Origin: an uncultured Syntrophaceae bacterium
GTDB taxonomy: Bacteria > Desulfobacterota > SM23-61
Direction of reading: 5' to 3'
Length of the DNA stretch: 64,000 nt
Assembly: GCA_964484485.1 (NCBI GenBank)
Contig: CAZAGD010000231.1
Coordinates: 4,078 to 68,077 of the forward strand
The notes under the pieces were generated by a model. The model worked only from the letters and a program-made list of their open reading frames with translations. It made no database searches and was not told where the DNA came from. Position 1 is the stretch's first letter. The number at the start of each line of letters is the position of its first letter. Shown here piece after piece: positions 10,102 through 19,445 of the stretch. The translations under genes were made by a program, and so were the position numbers.

Positions 10102-12231
10102 TTATGCCCCCCTCTTCTCTTTGGTTAGCATTATTCTTACATCCACAGCTTTCCCTCCCCGACCTTGTTCATAGACGACAAAGGGGTTGATCTCCAGGTC
10201 GGAGATCATGGGGAATTCTTGCAGAATAGCTCCTACTTTTAAGAGCGTGTGCCCTATTACTTCTATATCTTTTTTCTCTTCGCCGCGCACCCCCATCAAA
10301 AGAGGATAGGCCCGAATTTCTTTGACCATTTTTCTGGCCTCTTTCTGATTAATAGGTAAGGCGCGAAAAGTTACATCCTTCATGACCTCAACATAAATTC
10401 CGCCCAAGCCAAACATGACTAAAGGGCCGAAGGTATTATCCCGCCGCGCGCCAATGATAGTCTCGATTCCTTTCTCCACCATCTCCGAAATTTCCACTCC
10501 TTCAATTCGCGCTTGGGGTAAATAAGCGCGGCAATTGCGCATAATGGCTTGGTAAGCATCAACTACTTCTTTTTCATTCATCAAATCCAAAACTACCCCG
10601 CCCGCATCACTCTTGTGCAGAATATCCCGGGAAATAACCTTCATAACTACTGGATAGCCAATTTTCTCTGCGGCCTGGACAGCTTCCTCGACACTCCGCG
10701 CCGGCATACTGCGCGGGATAGCAATGCCCGCAGCTTGCATTACGGCCTGCCCCTCATGGGCTAATAAAAAGCTTCTTTTTTCTTGGAGAACTTTATTTAA
10801 TACTGCTTTTATGGCCGAGCTGTCTAGCACCACTTCCTCTCTTTCGGCCGCGTAACTCTGCAAGTAATCATAATAAGAGTAAAGCGCCCCCAGACAGGAA
10901 ACTGCTTCATAAACATCACCGAAGACGGCCGCTTCCCCCTTGCGCAACTGTTGCAAGCATTGTTCAATGACCTCTCCTCCGAAAATAGAAAAAACCAATG
11001 GCTTTTGAGCAGTTTTAAATTCTTGGTCAACTTCCTTTATCAAATGGGAAAGGTTTTCCGCATCAAATACGGCCGTTTCGCCATAAAGAGCGATGGCCGC
11101 GTGAATCTGCGGACTCTTTTGCGCAGCTTCCAGAGCCGCTCGGTAATGGAGGGAGGTAGCTTGACCGGTTAAATCAATAGGATTCTTAGTAGACCCAAAA
11201 TTAGGCGTCACCTGGCCGAATATATTTTTCAGGGCGGGCAGATCATCGTAAAGTTTAACCCCATACTTCTCGCAGGCATCAGTGGCCAATACGCCAATTC
11301 CTCCCCCATTAGTAATGATCACCGTATTTTCTCCTTGCGGCAGCGGGGAGTGAGCCAAGAACTTACACCAGTTAAATGCTTCGGCCACGCTTTCGGCCCG
11401 CATCACTCCAAACTGGCGCATTAAATCATCGAACACCTCATCCGATCCAGCCAGTGAACCAGTATGGGAAGCTGCCGCAATTGCTCCTCTCTCTGATCTC
11501 CCTGATTTGATTACCACTACCGGTATTTTTTTAGTGGCCTTCTCCAAAGCTTTCAGAAATTCCTCTCCTGCTCTCACTCCTTCCATGTAAAGCAGAATTA
11601 CTTTCGTTCGCCCATCAGCAATCAAATACTCTAAGAGATCAGCCTCGGTTAAATCCGCCTTATTCCCTACGGAGATGATCGCCGATAAACCAATATTTTC
11701 GGCCGCCGTCTTGCCAATCATAGCTATCCCTAAAGCACCGCTTTGGGTAATAATAGCCACCTTGCCCGGAACTATATGCGCGCTACCAAAAGTAGCATTC
11801 AAAGAAACTGCTGCCGAATAAATACCAAAAATGTTCGGTCCTAATATGCGCATCCCCTGCTCGCGGGCCAAAGAAACGATTCTCTTTTCTTCTTCGAAAT
11901 TGCCCACCTCGGAAAAACCGGAAGAAATTATGGAGAGGAATTTAACTTTTTTCCGCGCACAGCTCCGCACAGCATCAAAGACAAAATGAGCGGGAATTAC
12001 AATAGTGGCCAAGTCTATGGGCTCTTGGACTTCTTCTATGTTGGTATAGGCTTTTAAACCCAAGATTTCTCCGTTTTGCGGGTTAATTGGAAAAATTTTT
12101 CCTTGATAGCCGCCAGCGAGAATATTGGCTAAAATTTTATATCCTATTTTTTGAGGATCTCTGGCTGCGCCAATTACGGCCACAGTCCTGGGCTCAAATA
12201 AATATTTTATTTGCTTCTCCACGTTTATCAT
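10102..12231 (-). CDS. Acetyl/acyl-CoA synthetase (ADP-forming), fused alpha+beta (CoA-binding, succinyl-CoA-synthetase-like and ATP-grasp domains)
   Basis: 709 aa; CoA-binding N-terminus RTVAVIGAARDPQKIGY; catalytic His motif ASHTGSLAGSD; ATP-grasp C-terminal half. Confidence 0.85.
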   Translation of the reverse strand: MINVEKQIKYLFEPRTVAVIGAARDPQKIGYKILANILAGGYQGKIFPINPQNGEILGLKAYTNIEEVQEPIDLATIVIPAHFVFDAVRSCARKKVKFLSIISSGFSEVGNFEEEKRIVSLAREQGMRILGPNIFGIYSAAVSLNATFGSAHIVPGKVAIITQSGALGIAMIGKTAAENIGLSAIISVGNKADLTEADLLEYLIADGRTKVILLYMEGVRAGEEFLKALEKATKKIPVVVIKSGRSERGAIAAASHTGSLAGSDEVFDDLMRQFGVMRAESVAEAFNWCKFLAHSPLPQGENTVIITNGGGIGVLATDACEKYGVKLYDDLPALKNIFGQVTPNFGSTKNPIDLTGQATSLHYRAALEAAQKSPQIHAAIALYGETAVFDAENLSHLIKEVDQEFKTAQKPLVFSIFGGEVIEQCLQQLRKGEAAVFGDVYEAVSCLGALYSYYDYLQSYAAEREEVVLDSSAIKAVLNKVLQEKRSFLLAHEGQAVMQAAGIAIPRSMPARSVEEAVQAAEKIGYPVVMKVISRDILHKSDAGGVVLDLMNEKEVVDAYQAIMRNCRAYLPQARIEGVEISEMVEKGIETIIGARRDNTFGPLVMFGLGGIYVEVMKDVTFRALPINQKEARKMVKEIRAYPLLMGVRGEEKKDIEVIGHTLLKVGAILQEFPMISDLEINPFVVYEQGRGGKAVDVRIMLTKEKRGA

Positions 12232-14123
12232 TCAACCCCTCGGAAACCTAACTGTAATTCATACACACCTTGGGCAATTTTCTTCTGAATATCGAACCCC
12301 ATCTTCTCAAACAAATGCAACATGGGTTTATTCTCCACTAACACTTCTGCCGTAAACCCTAAAAGCCCTTCTCTCTTAGCTAAATAAGTTAGATAAGAAA
12401 GCAGCTCCCAGCCAATTCCTTTATTCTGGTATTCATCTTTAACTACCAAAGCCACTTCGGCTGTGCGGTTTTCTTCATTTATTCCATATTGTCCGACCCC
12501 CACCACTCTTTCTACCGCTCCTTCATGCAGGGTAGCTAAAATTACCATTTCTTTAGTGTAATCGATGACCACAAACTCCTGTAATCTTTCATGGGGTATG
12601 TCTTGGCGCATCGAAATAAAGCGGCGGTATAGTGATTGATCGGAGAGGGAGTTGAAAAAATCCTTTAATAAAGGTTCATCGCTCAATTTCACAGGACGTA
12701 AAAGAATAGTTAAACCTTTGGCCGTGGTCCGCAAAGTTTCCAGGTGCGCTGGGTATTCTCCTTTTTTACCCGGAATGAATGCTTGATCGCGATAAATTAA
12801 ATTAGCCTGTTTGGCTTTCTCAATTAGCCAGGGGCGAAATTGCGGGTGGGCAATGGCAATCAACTCCATAGCCCGTTCCCGAATGTTTTTCCCGTGGAGA
12901 TAGGCAATGCCATATTCCGTAACTACATAATGGATATCCCCCCTAACTAAGGTCACCCCCGTCCCTTCCCGCAAGAAAGGAACTATGCGGGAGACTTTTC
13001 CCCACTCGGCTGTAGATTGGATGGCCAAGATGGCTTTTCCGCCCGGAGCCATGACCGCTCCGCGCATAAAATTAGTGTGCCCACCCACCCCGCTATAAAT
13101 ATTCTTTCCCAGAGATTCGGAAGTGCTTTGTCCAGTAAGATCAATTTCTAAGGCGCTATTTATCGCCACCATGTTCCTTTGCCGTGAAATTACTAAAGGA
13201 TTGTTGGTATAGTCAATAGTCCTAAATTCAATACTCGGATTATCGTGGATATACTCATAAGTTGCTTTATGACCCATACAAAAAGTAGCTACCGTTTTCC
13301 CCCGATTAAGAGTTTTGCGGCTATTATTCACTACCCCTTTTTTCATTAGCTCAACCATCCCATCACTCAGTAGTTCTGAATGAATACCTAAGTCATTTTT
13401 TTGGGACAAGTTAGCCAAAATGGCATTGGGCAAGCTCCCATAGCCAACCTGGATTGTATCTCCATCTTGAATTATACTGGCCACATAACGACCAATTTTT
13501 TGCGCCACATCGTCGGGAGCGATAGCCTCGTATTCTAAAAGCGGCTCGTCATGACAGATGAGGAAATCGATATCTTCTACATGGATGAATCCATCCCCAT
13601 GAACTCGAGGCATATTACTGTTAATCTGAGCAATAATCAGAGACGCTTTTTCTAAGGCAGCTTTGGTTATATCCACACTAATTCCTAAACTCAAATAACC
13701 ATGTTCATCAGGAAGGGAGGTCTGAATAAGAGCTACTTGCACGGGGATCAACCCGCGGGAGAAAAGATCGGGAACATGGGAAAGAAAAACGGGGGTATAA
13801 TCAGCCAAACCGCGATTGACGGCCTCGCGGGAATTATCACCCACGAAGAAAGAATTATGGCGAAAATTATATTTGAATTTTTCATCGGCATAAGGAGCAA
13901 CACCTAAAGTCCAAACATGGATAACCTCGGCATCGAAGAAAGCTTTGGGGTTGTCTTCGACGAATTTGATCAAGGCCTTAACTAAGTATTGGGGTTCGGC
14001 ACAGGCCGTATGAATAAAAATTCTATTTCCCCGGTGGATATGTCTAAAGATTTCGGCTTCGGGGGCAAATTTCTGAGGATATCTTTTTTTAATTTCTTCT
14101 AAAATCTCTTTATTCTGGAACAT
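12228..14123 (-). CDS. Acetyl-CoA hydrolase/transferase family (CoA-transferase family I) fused to C-terminal GNAT acetyltransferase domain
   Basis: N-terminal roughly 480 aa matches 4-hydroxybutyrate/acetyl-CoA transferase family; C-terminal roughly 150 aa has GNAT motif (QNKGIGWELL); 4-nt overlap with downstream acyl-CoA synthetase gene. Confidence 0.75.
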   Translation of the reverse strand: MFQNKEILEEIKKRYPQKFAPEAEIFRHIHRGNRIFIHTACAEPQYLVKALIKFVEDNPKAFFDAEVIHVWTLGVAPYADEKFKYNFRHNSFFVGDNSREAVNRGLADYTPVFLSHVPDLFSRGLIPVQVALIQTSLPDEHGYLSLGISVDITKAALEKASLIIAQINSNMPRVHGDGFIHVEDIDFLICHDEPLLEYEAIAPDDVAQKIGRYVASIIQDGDTIQVGYGSLPNAILANLSQKNDLGIHSELLSDGMVELMKKGVVNNSRKTLNRGKTVATFCMGHKATYEYIHDNPSIEFRTIDYTNNPLVISRQRNMVAINSALEIDLTGQSTSESLGKNIYSGVGGHTNFMRGAVMAPGGKAILAIQSTAEWGKVSRIVPFLREGTGVTLVRGDIHYVVTEYGIAYLHGKNIRERAMELIAIAHPQFRPWLIEKAKQANLIYRDQAFIPGKKGEYPAHLETLRTTAKGLTILLRPVKLSDEPLLKDFFNSLSDQSLYRRFISMRQDIPHERLQEFVVIDYTKEMVILATLHEGAVERVVGVGQYGINEENRTAEVALVVKDEYQNKGIGWELLSYLTYLAKREGLLGFTAEVLVENKPMLHLFEKMGFDIQKKIAQGVYELQLGFRGVE

Positions 14124-14297
14124 GCTGGGCTAATTTCTTTAAATTTATTTTAAACTAAATTTTTTAACTTTTAACTTTTCTCTTTTTCCCACCCTTGTTG
14201 ACTTCCAGAAGGTAAATTATATTTTTTCTAAAACCGGCAATTTATAATGAGCCTCTGCCTCTTGCTTTCATAAATCAATCAATTTTCGGCATAATTT

Positions 14298-14903
14298 TTA
14301 ATCGGATGAATAAATAACATCAATAGCTAAAGCATTTTTGCCTCCAACAGCCCGGAAGGCATGGGGCAAGCTGGAGTCAAAATAAAGGCTATCGCCAGGC
14401 TCAAGAAGGTAAACTTCATTTTCATAATTAAACTCAAGCTGTCCCTCTAAAACGAAGACAAATTCCTCTCCCTGATGGTTGAAAAAAATTAGATCTTCCT
14501 TCTTCTTCACCTCAAATTCTACTTGAAAAGGTTCCATATGTCTATCTACTTTGGGGTAAGCCAATGATTCATAATAATAGCCCACTTTAGCCGGATCCTC
14601 ATGGATCCTACGGAAAACCCTTTTCCTTTCATTTTTCCTTACAATTACGGCTTTTTTCTCTTCTACTTCTTCAGTCTGGAAGAAGTAGCCTATATTTACG
14701 TTTAAAGCCCGGGCTATTTTAAGAAGGGTAGCCACCGGAGGGGCCACTACTTCGCTTTCAATCTGCGACAAAAGAGGCTGAGAAAGATTAGTTCTGCGGG
14801 CCATCTCTTCCAGAGATATTCCTTGGCGCTGCCTTAAAGCTTTAATCTTCTGCCCCAAATTTAATTCCTTTAGTTCTCCCTTTTCCTTAGCATCGGCGCT
14901 CAT
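14298..14903 (-). CDS. XRE-family HTH transcriptional regulator with C-terminal cupin domain
   Basis: HTH LGQKIKALRQRQGISLEEMARRTNLSQPLLSQIE plus cupin_2-like C-terminus. Confidence 0.8.
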   Translation of the reverse strand: MSADAKEKGELKELNLGQKIKALRQRQGISLEEMARRTNLSQPLLSQIESEVVAPPVATLLKIARALNVNIGYFFQTEEVEEKKAVIVRKNERKRVFRRIHEDPAKVGYYYESLAYPKVDRHMEPFQVEFEVKKKEDLIFFNHQGEEFVFVLEGQLEFNYENEVYLLEPGDSLYFDSSLPHAFRAVGGKNALAIDVIYSSD

Positions 14904-15371
14904 GACTTTTCCCTCTTTGATTCCCTAAATTTAAAATTTTTTGCCACCCTTAGGGCAAATTTTTGGCTTGTTTATTTCTATTCAAATCTATCCTGCTAAA
15001 CTAAATTTTTCAAGAAAATTCTTGCCCATAAATTAAGGTAACGGTTAAACAGACTAAGGATTCGGAGGGTTCATCTTTTTTCCAGTGGATATCATGGAGT
15101 TTTAATTTCGAATGGAATTTTCATAATCATTGCAAGACCAAGAATTTTTATTGGCCAGATTCAAAATTCTTCCTCCGCTAAATTATTGCCTTTATTTGCT
15201 TGGAAAGCTGGAAAAAATTTTGGGGCTGGGGAACATAAATTTAAAAAACTTGTTGCTTTTGATTTTCGCAATTAATATAATGTTAATAACATATTCCAGC
15301 ATGGTCTAAGCGATCGATTTTGTTTACCGCATGGAAAAATTTAAAAACAATTTAGCAAAGGAGGAAAAATC

Positions 15372-15539
15372 ATGCCGCAGAAGAAAGAATCAACAAAATC
15401 ATCTAAGAAGAAGGTCAAAAAAGGGGATAAATACCAATGTGAGGTATGCGGCCTTATTGTTACAGTGGACGAAGCCTGTGGTTGTCTGAGTACTTGTGAT
15501 ATAATTTGTTGTGAAAAACAGATGAAGCAGAAAAAGTAA
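15372..15539 (+). CDS. Desulforedoxin-like rubredoxin-type mini-protein with Lys-rich N-terminal tail (55 aa)
   Basis: YQCEVCGLIVTV...IICCEKQMKQ resembles Desulfovibrio desulforedoxin (YKCELCGQVVKV...LVCCGEDMVKQ); strong SD AAGGAGGAAAAA 7 nt upstream; not listed in the ORF table (under 60 aa). Confidence 0.6.
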   Translation: MPQKKESTKSSKKKVKKGDKYQCEVCGLIVTVDEACGCLSTCDIICCEKQMKQKK

Positions 15540-15910
15540 TCCTTTCTTTTTGAGACCTTAAAAACTCTTTTCCATATTTTAATTATCTTCTCAAGTAATT
15601 TTAAAAGAAGAGGGGGAAAAGAACTTCCCTGATTTATTAATGGAAAATTAAACATATGAAATCTGTCTGGCTAAGCCCCTCACTTTTCCCCTCTCACAAC
15701 CTAAGGAAGGTGCCCTAATTAATTGAAAAGGCATAAAGAAGGCCAGGAGTCAGCCGACTCAGATTAATTCGTATGGTCAACCATTTTTAGCCTACAGGGA
15801 TCAATTCGTAGGGCGAACCATATGCGGCAAAGGATAAACCTTTGCCTTACAGCAACAATTTAAAAAAGTTCCCTAAAAATACACTTACTCAGAGATGTCT
15901 TTAATTTCAT

Positions 15911-15939
15911 TTGACACCATGATTTTTGTTTAATATAAT
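15911..15939 (+). promoter_or_regulatory. Consensus sigma-70-type promoter (TTGACA-17-TATAAT) upstream of rplM-rpsI
   Basis: Perfect -35 TTGACA (15911-15916), 17-nt spacer, perfect -10 TATAAT (15934-15939). Confidence 0.65.
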
Positions 15940-15963
15940 TTAACTTTGATTTCATTTAGAGGT

Positions 15964-16410
15964 TTACAGGATATGGCTACCATCATGGCTAAAAAAGAAG
16001 AGATAAAAAGGAAATGGCATTTAGTGGATGCTAAGGGCAAAACTCTCGGTAGATTAGCTTCCCGCATAGCCATTCTTCTGCGGGGCAAACATAAACCAAC
16101 CTTTACTCCTCATTTAGATACGGGAGATTTTGTGGTTGTGATCAATGCTGAAAAAGTAGTGCTCACTGGCAAAAAGTGGAAAGAAAAATTGTATATTCAT
16201 CATTCTGGGTATCCGGGGGGATTGAAGTCAATTAGTGCGGAAAAGATGTGGGAAAAACATCCCGAAAGACTGCTAACCATGGCTGTGCAAGGGATGTTAC
16301 CTAAAAATAAACTCGGCCGCAAGCTCATTAAAAAATTGAAAGTTTATGCGGGAGAATCTCATCCCCATCAGGCTCAACTGCCTGAACCAATTAATTTGCT
16401 GAAGGGATAA
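15964..16410 (+). CDS. rplM: 50S ribosomal protein L13
   Basis: [19 protein letters not shown] matches L13; start at 15964 (SD GAGG) or 15979. Confidence 0.9.
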   Translation, partial: LQDMATIMAKKEEIKRKWHLVDAKGKTLGRLASRIAILLRGKHKPTFTPHLDTGDFVVVINAEKVVLTGKKWKEKLYIHHSGYPGGLKSISAEKMWEKHPERLLTMAVQGMLPKNKLGRKLIKKLKVYAGESHPHQAQLPEPINLLKG

Positions 16411-16412
16411 AG

Positions 16413-16805
16413 ATGCCGGAAAAAATATTTTATGGGACTGGAAAAAGAAAAACCTCGGTCGCCCGGGTTTGGATGCGGCCTGGCCAAGGAAAATTTACGG
16501 TCAATGAGCGGGAATTAGAAAATTACTTTCCTTTAGAAACTGCTAAGGCCATGATCTTTCAGCCTCTGGAGCTTACCGGAACTCTGGGCCAGTTTGACAT
16601 CTCGGTTAATGTCCAGGGAGGCGGAATCAAAGGCCAAGCAGGAGCAATTCGCCATGGAATTTCGCGTGCTCTTTTAACAGTAAAAGAAGAATTTCGAGAA
16701 ATACTTAAAAAAGCCGGCTTATTAACTAGGGATTCGCGTATCAAAGAACGTAAAAAATACGGCCAAAAAGGAGCTCGGAAGAGATTCCAATACTCTAAGC
16801 GCTAA
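16413..16805 (+). CDS. rpsI: 30S ribosomal protein S9
   Basis: [13 protein letters not shown]...[25 protein letters not shown]. Confidence 0.95.
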   Translation: MPEKIFYGTGKRKTSVARVWMRPGQGKFTVNERELENYFPLETAKAMIFQPLELTGTLGQFDISVNVQGGGIKGQAGAIRHGISRALLTVKEEFREILKKAGLLTRDSRIKERKKYGQKGARKRFQYSKR

Positions 16806-16825
16806 TTTAACTTTACCCAAGAGAA

Positions 16826-16858
16826 AAAAGAAGGCTAAAGAGCCTTCTTTTTTTATAA
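16826..16858 (+). terminator. Rho-independent terminator after rpsI
   Basis: Hairpin AAGAAGGCT-aaag-AGCCTTCTT followed by a run of 7 T. Confidence 0.75.
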
Positions 16859-17006
16859 ACTTAGCCAAGCGCTTTCGAGAAAAATTTTAATGGCGTTTAA
16901 TCGGTAATAACCAAAAGTTTAAGCTAATAAATTTAATGGCCTTGCTCGCTTCTTTTCCCGCCGTCAGAAGAGATATCTAGGTAAAAGGAAGAAAGGAGAT
17001 AGTTTA

Positions 17007-18047
17007 ATGAAAAAGCGGGTTGGCGTGGTAGGGGCGACTGGTTATACAGGTTTAGAATTAATTAGACTTCTCCTCCGCCATCCTAATGTGCAATTGACGG
17101 CTCTTACGGCGGAAAGGTATGTAGGACAACCAATTTGGAAAGTCTTTCCTTCCGTGCTCAAGGAAATTGACATAATATGCCAACCCTTAGAAGTAGAGTC
17201 GTTAGCTAAGAACTGCGATTTTATTTTTACAGCTTTACCTCATAAAGCCGCCATGGAAGTAATTCCCGGCTTTTGGCAAAGGGGAATCAAGGTTGTAGAC
17301 TTGAGCGCCGATTTTCGGTTGCGCGATCCCCAAGTTTATGAAGAATGGTATGAAAAACATACGGCTCCGGAATTTTTGAAATACGCCGTTTATGGTCTCC
17401 CCGAATTGCACCGCGAAGAGATTAAAAAAACTTCTTTAGTCGCTAACCCGGGATGTTATCCTACGAGTATCATCCTGGCCTTGGCTCCAGCTTTGCGCCA
17501 TAAACTCGTGGATCCTCATTCCATTATCGCTGACTCTAAATCAGGAGTTAGTGGAGCAGGCCGGTCAGCAGTCCTCTCCTCTCTCTTTGCCGAAGTCAGC
17601 GAAAATTTTAAAGCCTATAAAGTAACTGAACACCGCCATACACCAGAGATTGAGCAAGAGCTAACCTTTTTGGCCGGTAAAAAAATCTCGCTCACTTTTA
17701 CACCCCATTTAGTCCCCATGAAGAGAGGCATTCTCTCCACTATCTATGCTACGCTGGCTCAGCCTATTTCAGAAAGAGAAATTTATGGTGCATACGAACA
17801 ATTTTACCGGAATGAAAAATTTGTGCGGTTGCGCCCTGGAGATCTCCTACCCAGCACGGCTGATGTTTGGGGGTCTAACTATTGCGATATAGGATTTAAA
17901 GTTGATCAGAGGAACAATCGTTTAATTATCATCTCCGCCATAGACAATTTAGTAAAGGGAGCTTCTGGTCAGGCTGTGCAGAATATGAACTTGATGTTGG
18001 GTTGGGAGGAATCTTTGGGGCTGGAAGTTATTCCTTTATATCCTTAA
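17007..18047 (+). CDS. argC: N-acetyl-gamma-glutamyl-phosphate reductase
   Basis: VGVVGATGYTGLELIRLL and catalytic-Cys region NPGCYPTS. Confidence 0.9.
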   Translation: MKKRVGVVGATGYTGLELIRLLLRHPNVQLTALTAERYVGQPIWKVFPSVLKEIDIICQPLEVESLAKNCDFIFTALPHKAAMEVIPGFWQRGIKVVDLSADFRLRDPQVYEEWYEKHTAPEFLKYAVYGLPELHREEIKKTSLVANPGCYPTSIILALAPALRHKLVDPHSIIADSKSGVSGAGRSAVLSSLFAEVSENFKAYKVTEHRHTPEIEQELTFLAGKKISLTFTPHLVPMKRGILSTIYATLAQPISEREIYGAYEQFYRNEKFVRLRPGDLLPSTADVWGSNYCDIGFKVDQRNNRLIIISAIDNLVKGASGQAVQNMNLMLGWEESLGLEVIPLYP

Positions 18048-18102
18048 GGCGGATTGGTCTTGCCTGCCTTCTCCCAAAGGATTATTTTAGGAGGATGCAC
18101 AT

Positions 18103-18295
18103 GGAGTGCGAAATAAAGAAAAATTTAGAAAAATGTACTTGTTCTTATGAACCATGTTCCCGCAAGGGGAAATGCTGCGAATGTGTCGCCTATCACCGCC
18201 GTCATAATGAACTTCCCGGGTGTTTCTTTCCGCCGGCTGCTGAAAGGTCTTATGATCGGTCTTACCAAAAATTCATTTCCTCCATTAAAGGGTAA
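18103..18295 (+). CDS. Conserved Cys-rich small protein (MECEIKKNLEKCTCSYEPC...KCCECVAYHRR; DUF6485-like)
   Basis: 64 aa from ATG 18103 (SD AGGAGG 8 nt upstream); 7 Cys in CxC/CC arrangement; the ORF-table version starts further upstream inside argC. Confidence 0.55.
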
Positions 18296-18299
18296 AATT

Positions 18300-19445
18300 T
18301 TACACCACTCCCTCTTCCTTTAACCTATTGATTTCATCTTGGCCCAGACCGAGCTCCCGCAGAACTTCCTCAGTGTGTTCTCCAAACTCAGCTGCCCCTT
18401 GCCGGACGGAAGGGGGAGTCAGGGAGAGCTTGATGGGGGAAGCCAAATATTTTTGCCGCCCTTTCTGGGAATGGGGAAACTCAACCACCATCTTTCTATG
18501 CTTAACCTGGGGATCATTTAAAGCTTCCTTCAAGCTTAAAACTTTTCCAAAGCAAACATCCACATCTCTTAATTCAACCATCCATTCTTCCCGAGTCTTC
18601 TGCCGGAAAGTATCCTGCAAAAAGCGAAATATTTCTTCTCTTTTTTCTCCGGTGGCAAATTGGTAGGGAATAAAGTCTTCCCGCCCCAGCTTTTGGCATA
18701 AGTTAACCCAAAATCGATGTTCTAAAGCCCCGATGGAAATATACTGGCCGTCTTTGGTCTCATATATGTTATAACAAGGAAAACGTCCAGAAAGAAGAGT
18801 GTCGCTCGCTTCAGGTTCTTCCCCGGCTTCCCAATATAAAGTGGCCAAAAAGGGAAGCATAGCGATTAGGCCATCGAGCATAGAAATATCAATGTACTGA
18901 CCCTGGCCAGTTTTTTGGCGGAAAATCAAAGCAGCCATAATTGCCAAGGCCGCCAACATACCACCCGCAGCGATGTCCGCGATTTGGATGGGGGGAATAA
19001 TGGGCTTTTGCCCAGGTTCGCTATTGAGGCTCAGAATTCCCGCAAAACTCAAATAATTAAGGTCATGGCCGACCATATTTTTGTACGGGCCGTCCTGACC
19101 GTATCCAGTAAGCGAACAATATATTATTTTTTCATTAATACTTTTTAGGCGCTGGTAATCAATTCCTAATCGTTCCGTTACCCCGGGGCGAAATCCCTCC
19201 ATAATTACATCTGCCTTCTGCGCCAGGCGGTAAAAAATTTCCCGCCCTTGGGGATGTTTCAAATTTAAAGTCATATGCTTTTTATTACGCATTACTGTGG
19301 GCATGCCCGGCCCTTCGCCAGCAAAGCGTTTATCCTCAATCCGCAGTACCTCAGCCCCTAAATCCGCCAGAATCATCGAACAGTAGGGACCCGGCAAGAG
19401 GCGGGAAAGATCAAGAACTTTTACTCCAGCCAAAGCCTGTAGCAA
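18300..19445 (-). CDS. CoA-transferase family III (CaiB/BaiF) protein
   Basis: MLQALAGVKVLDLSRLLPGPYCSMILADLGAEVLRIE N-terminus typical of family III CoA-transferases. Confidence 0.85.
   Translation of the reverse strand: MLQALAGVKVLDLSRLLPGPYCSMILADLGAEVLRIEDKRFAGEGPGMPTVMRNKKHMTLNLKHPQGREIFYRLAQKADVIMEGFRPGVTERLGIDYQRLKSINEKIIYCSLTGYGQDGPYKNMVGHDLNYLSFAGILSLNSEPGQKPIIPPIQIADIAAGGMLAALAIMAALIFRQKTGQGQYIDISMLDGLIAMLPFLATLYWEAGEEPEASDTLLSGRFPCYNIYETKDGQYISIGALEHRFWVNLCQKLGREDFIPYQFATGEKREEIFRFLQDTFRQKTREEWMVELRDVDVCFGKVLSLKEALNDPQVKHRKMVVEFPHSQKGRQKYLASPIKLSLTPPSVRQGAAEFGEHTEEVLRELGLGQDEINRLKEEGVV

Noticed and set aside
15341-15655. ORF 15341-15655 (-), 104 aa
   Set aside because: Antisense to the well-supported desulforedoxin-like mini-gene. 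Translation is low-complexity and hydrophobic with no SD.
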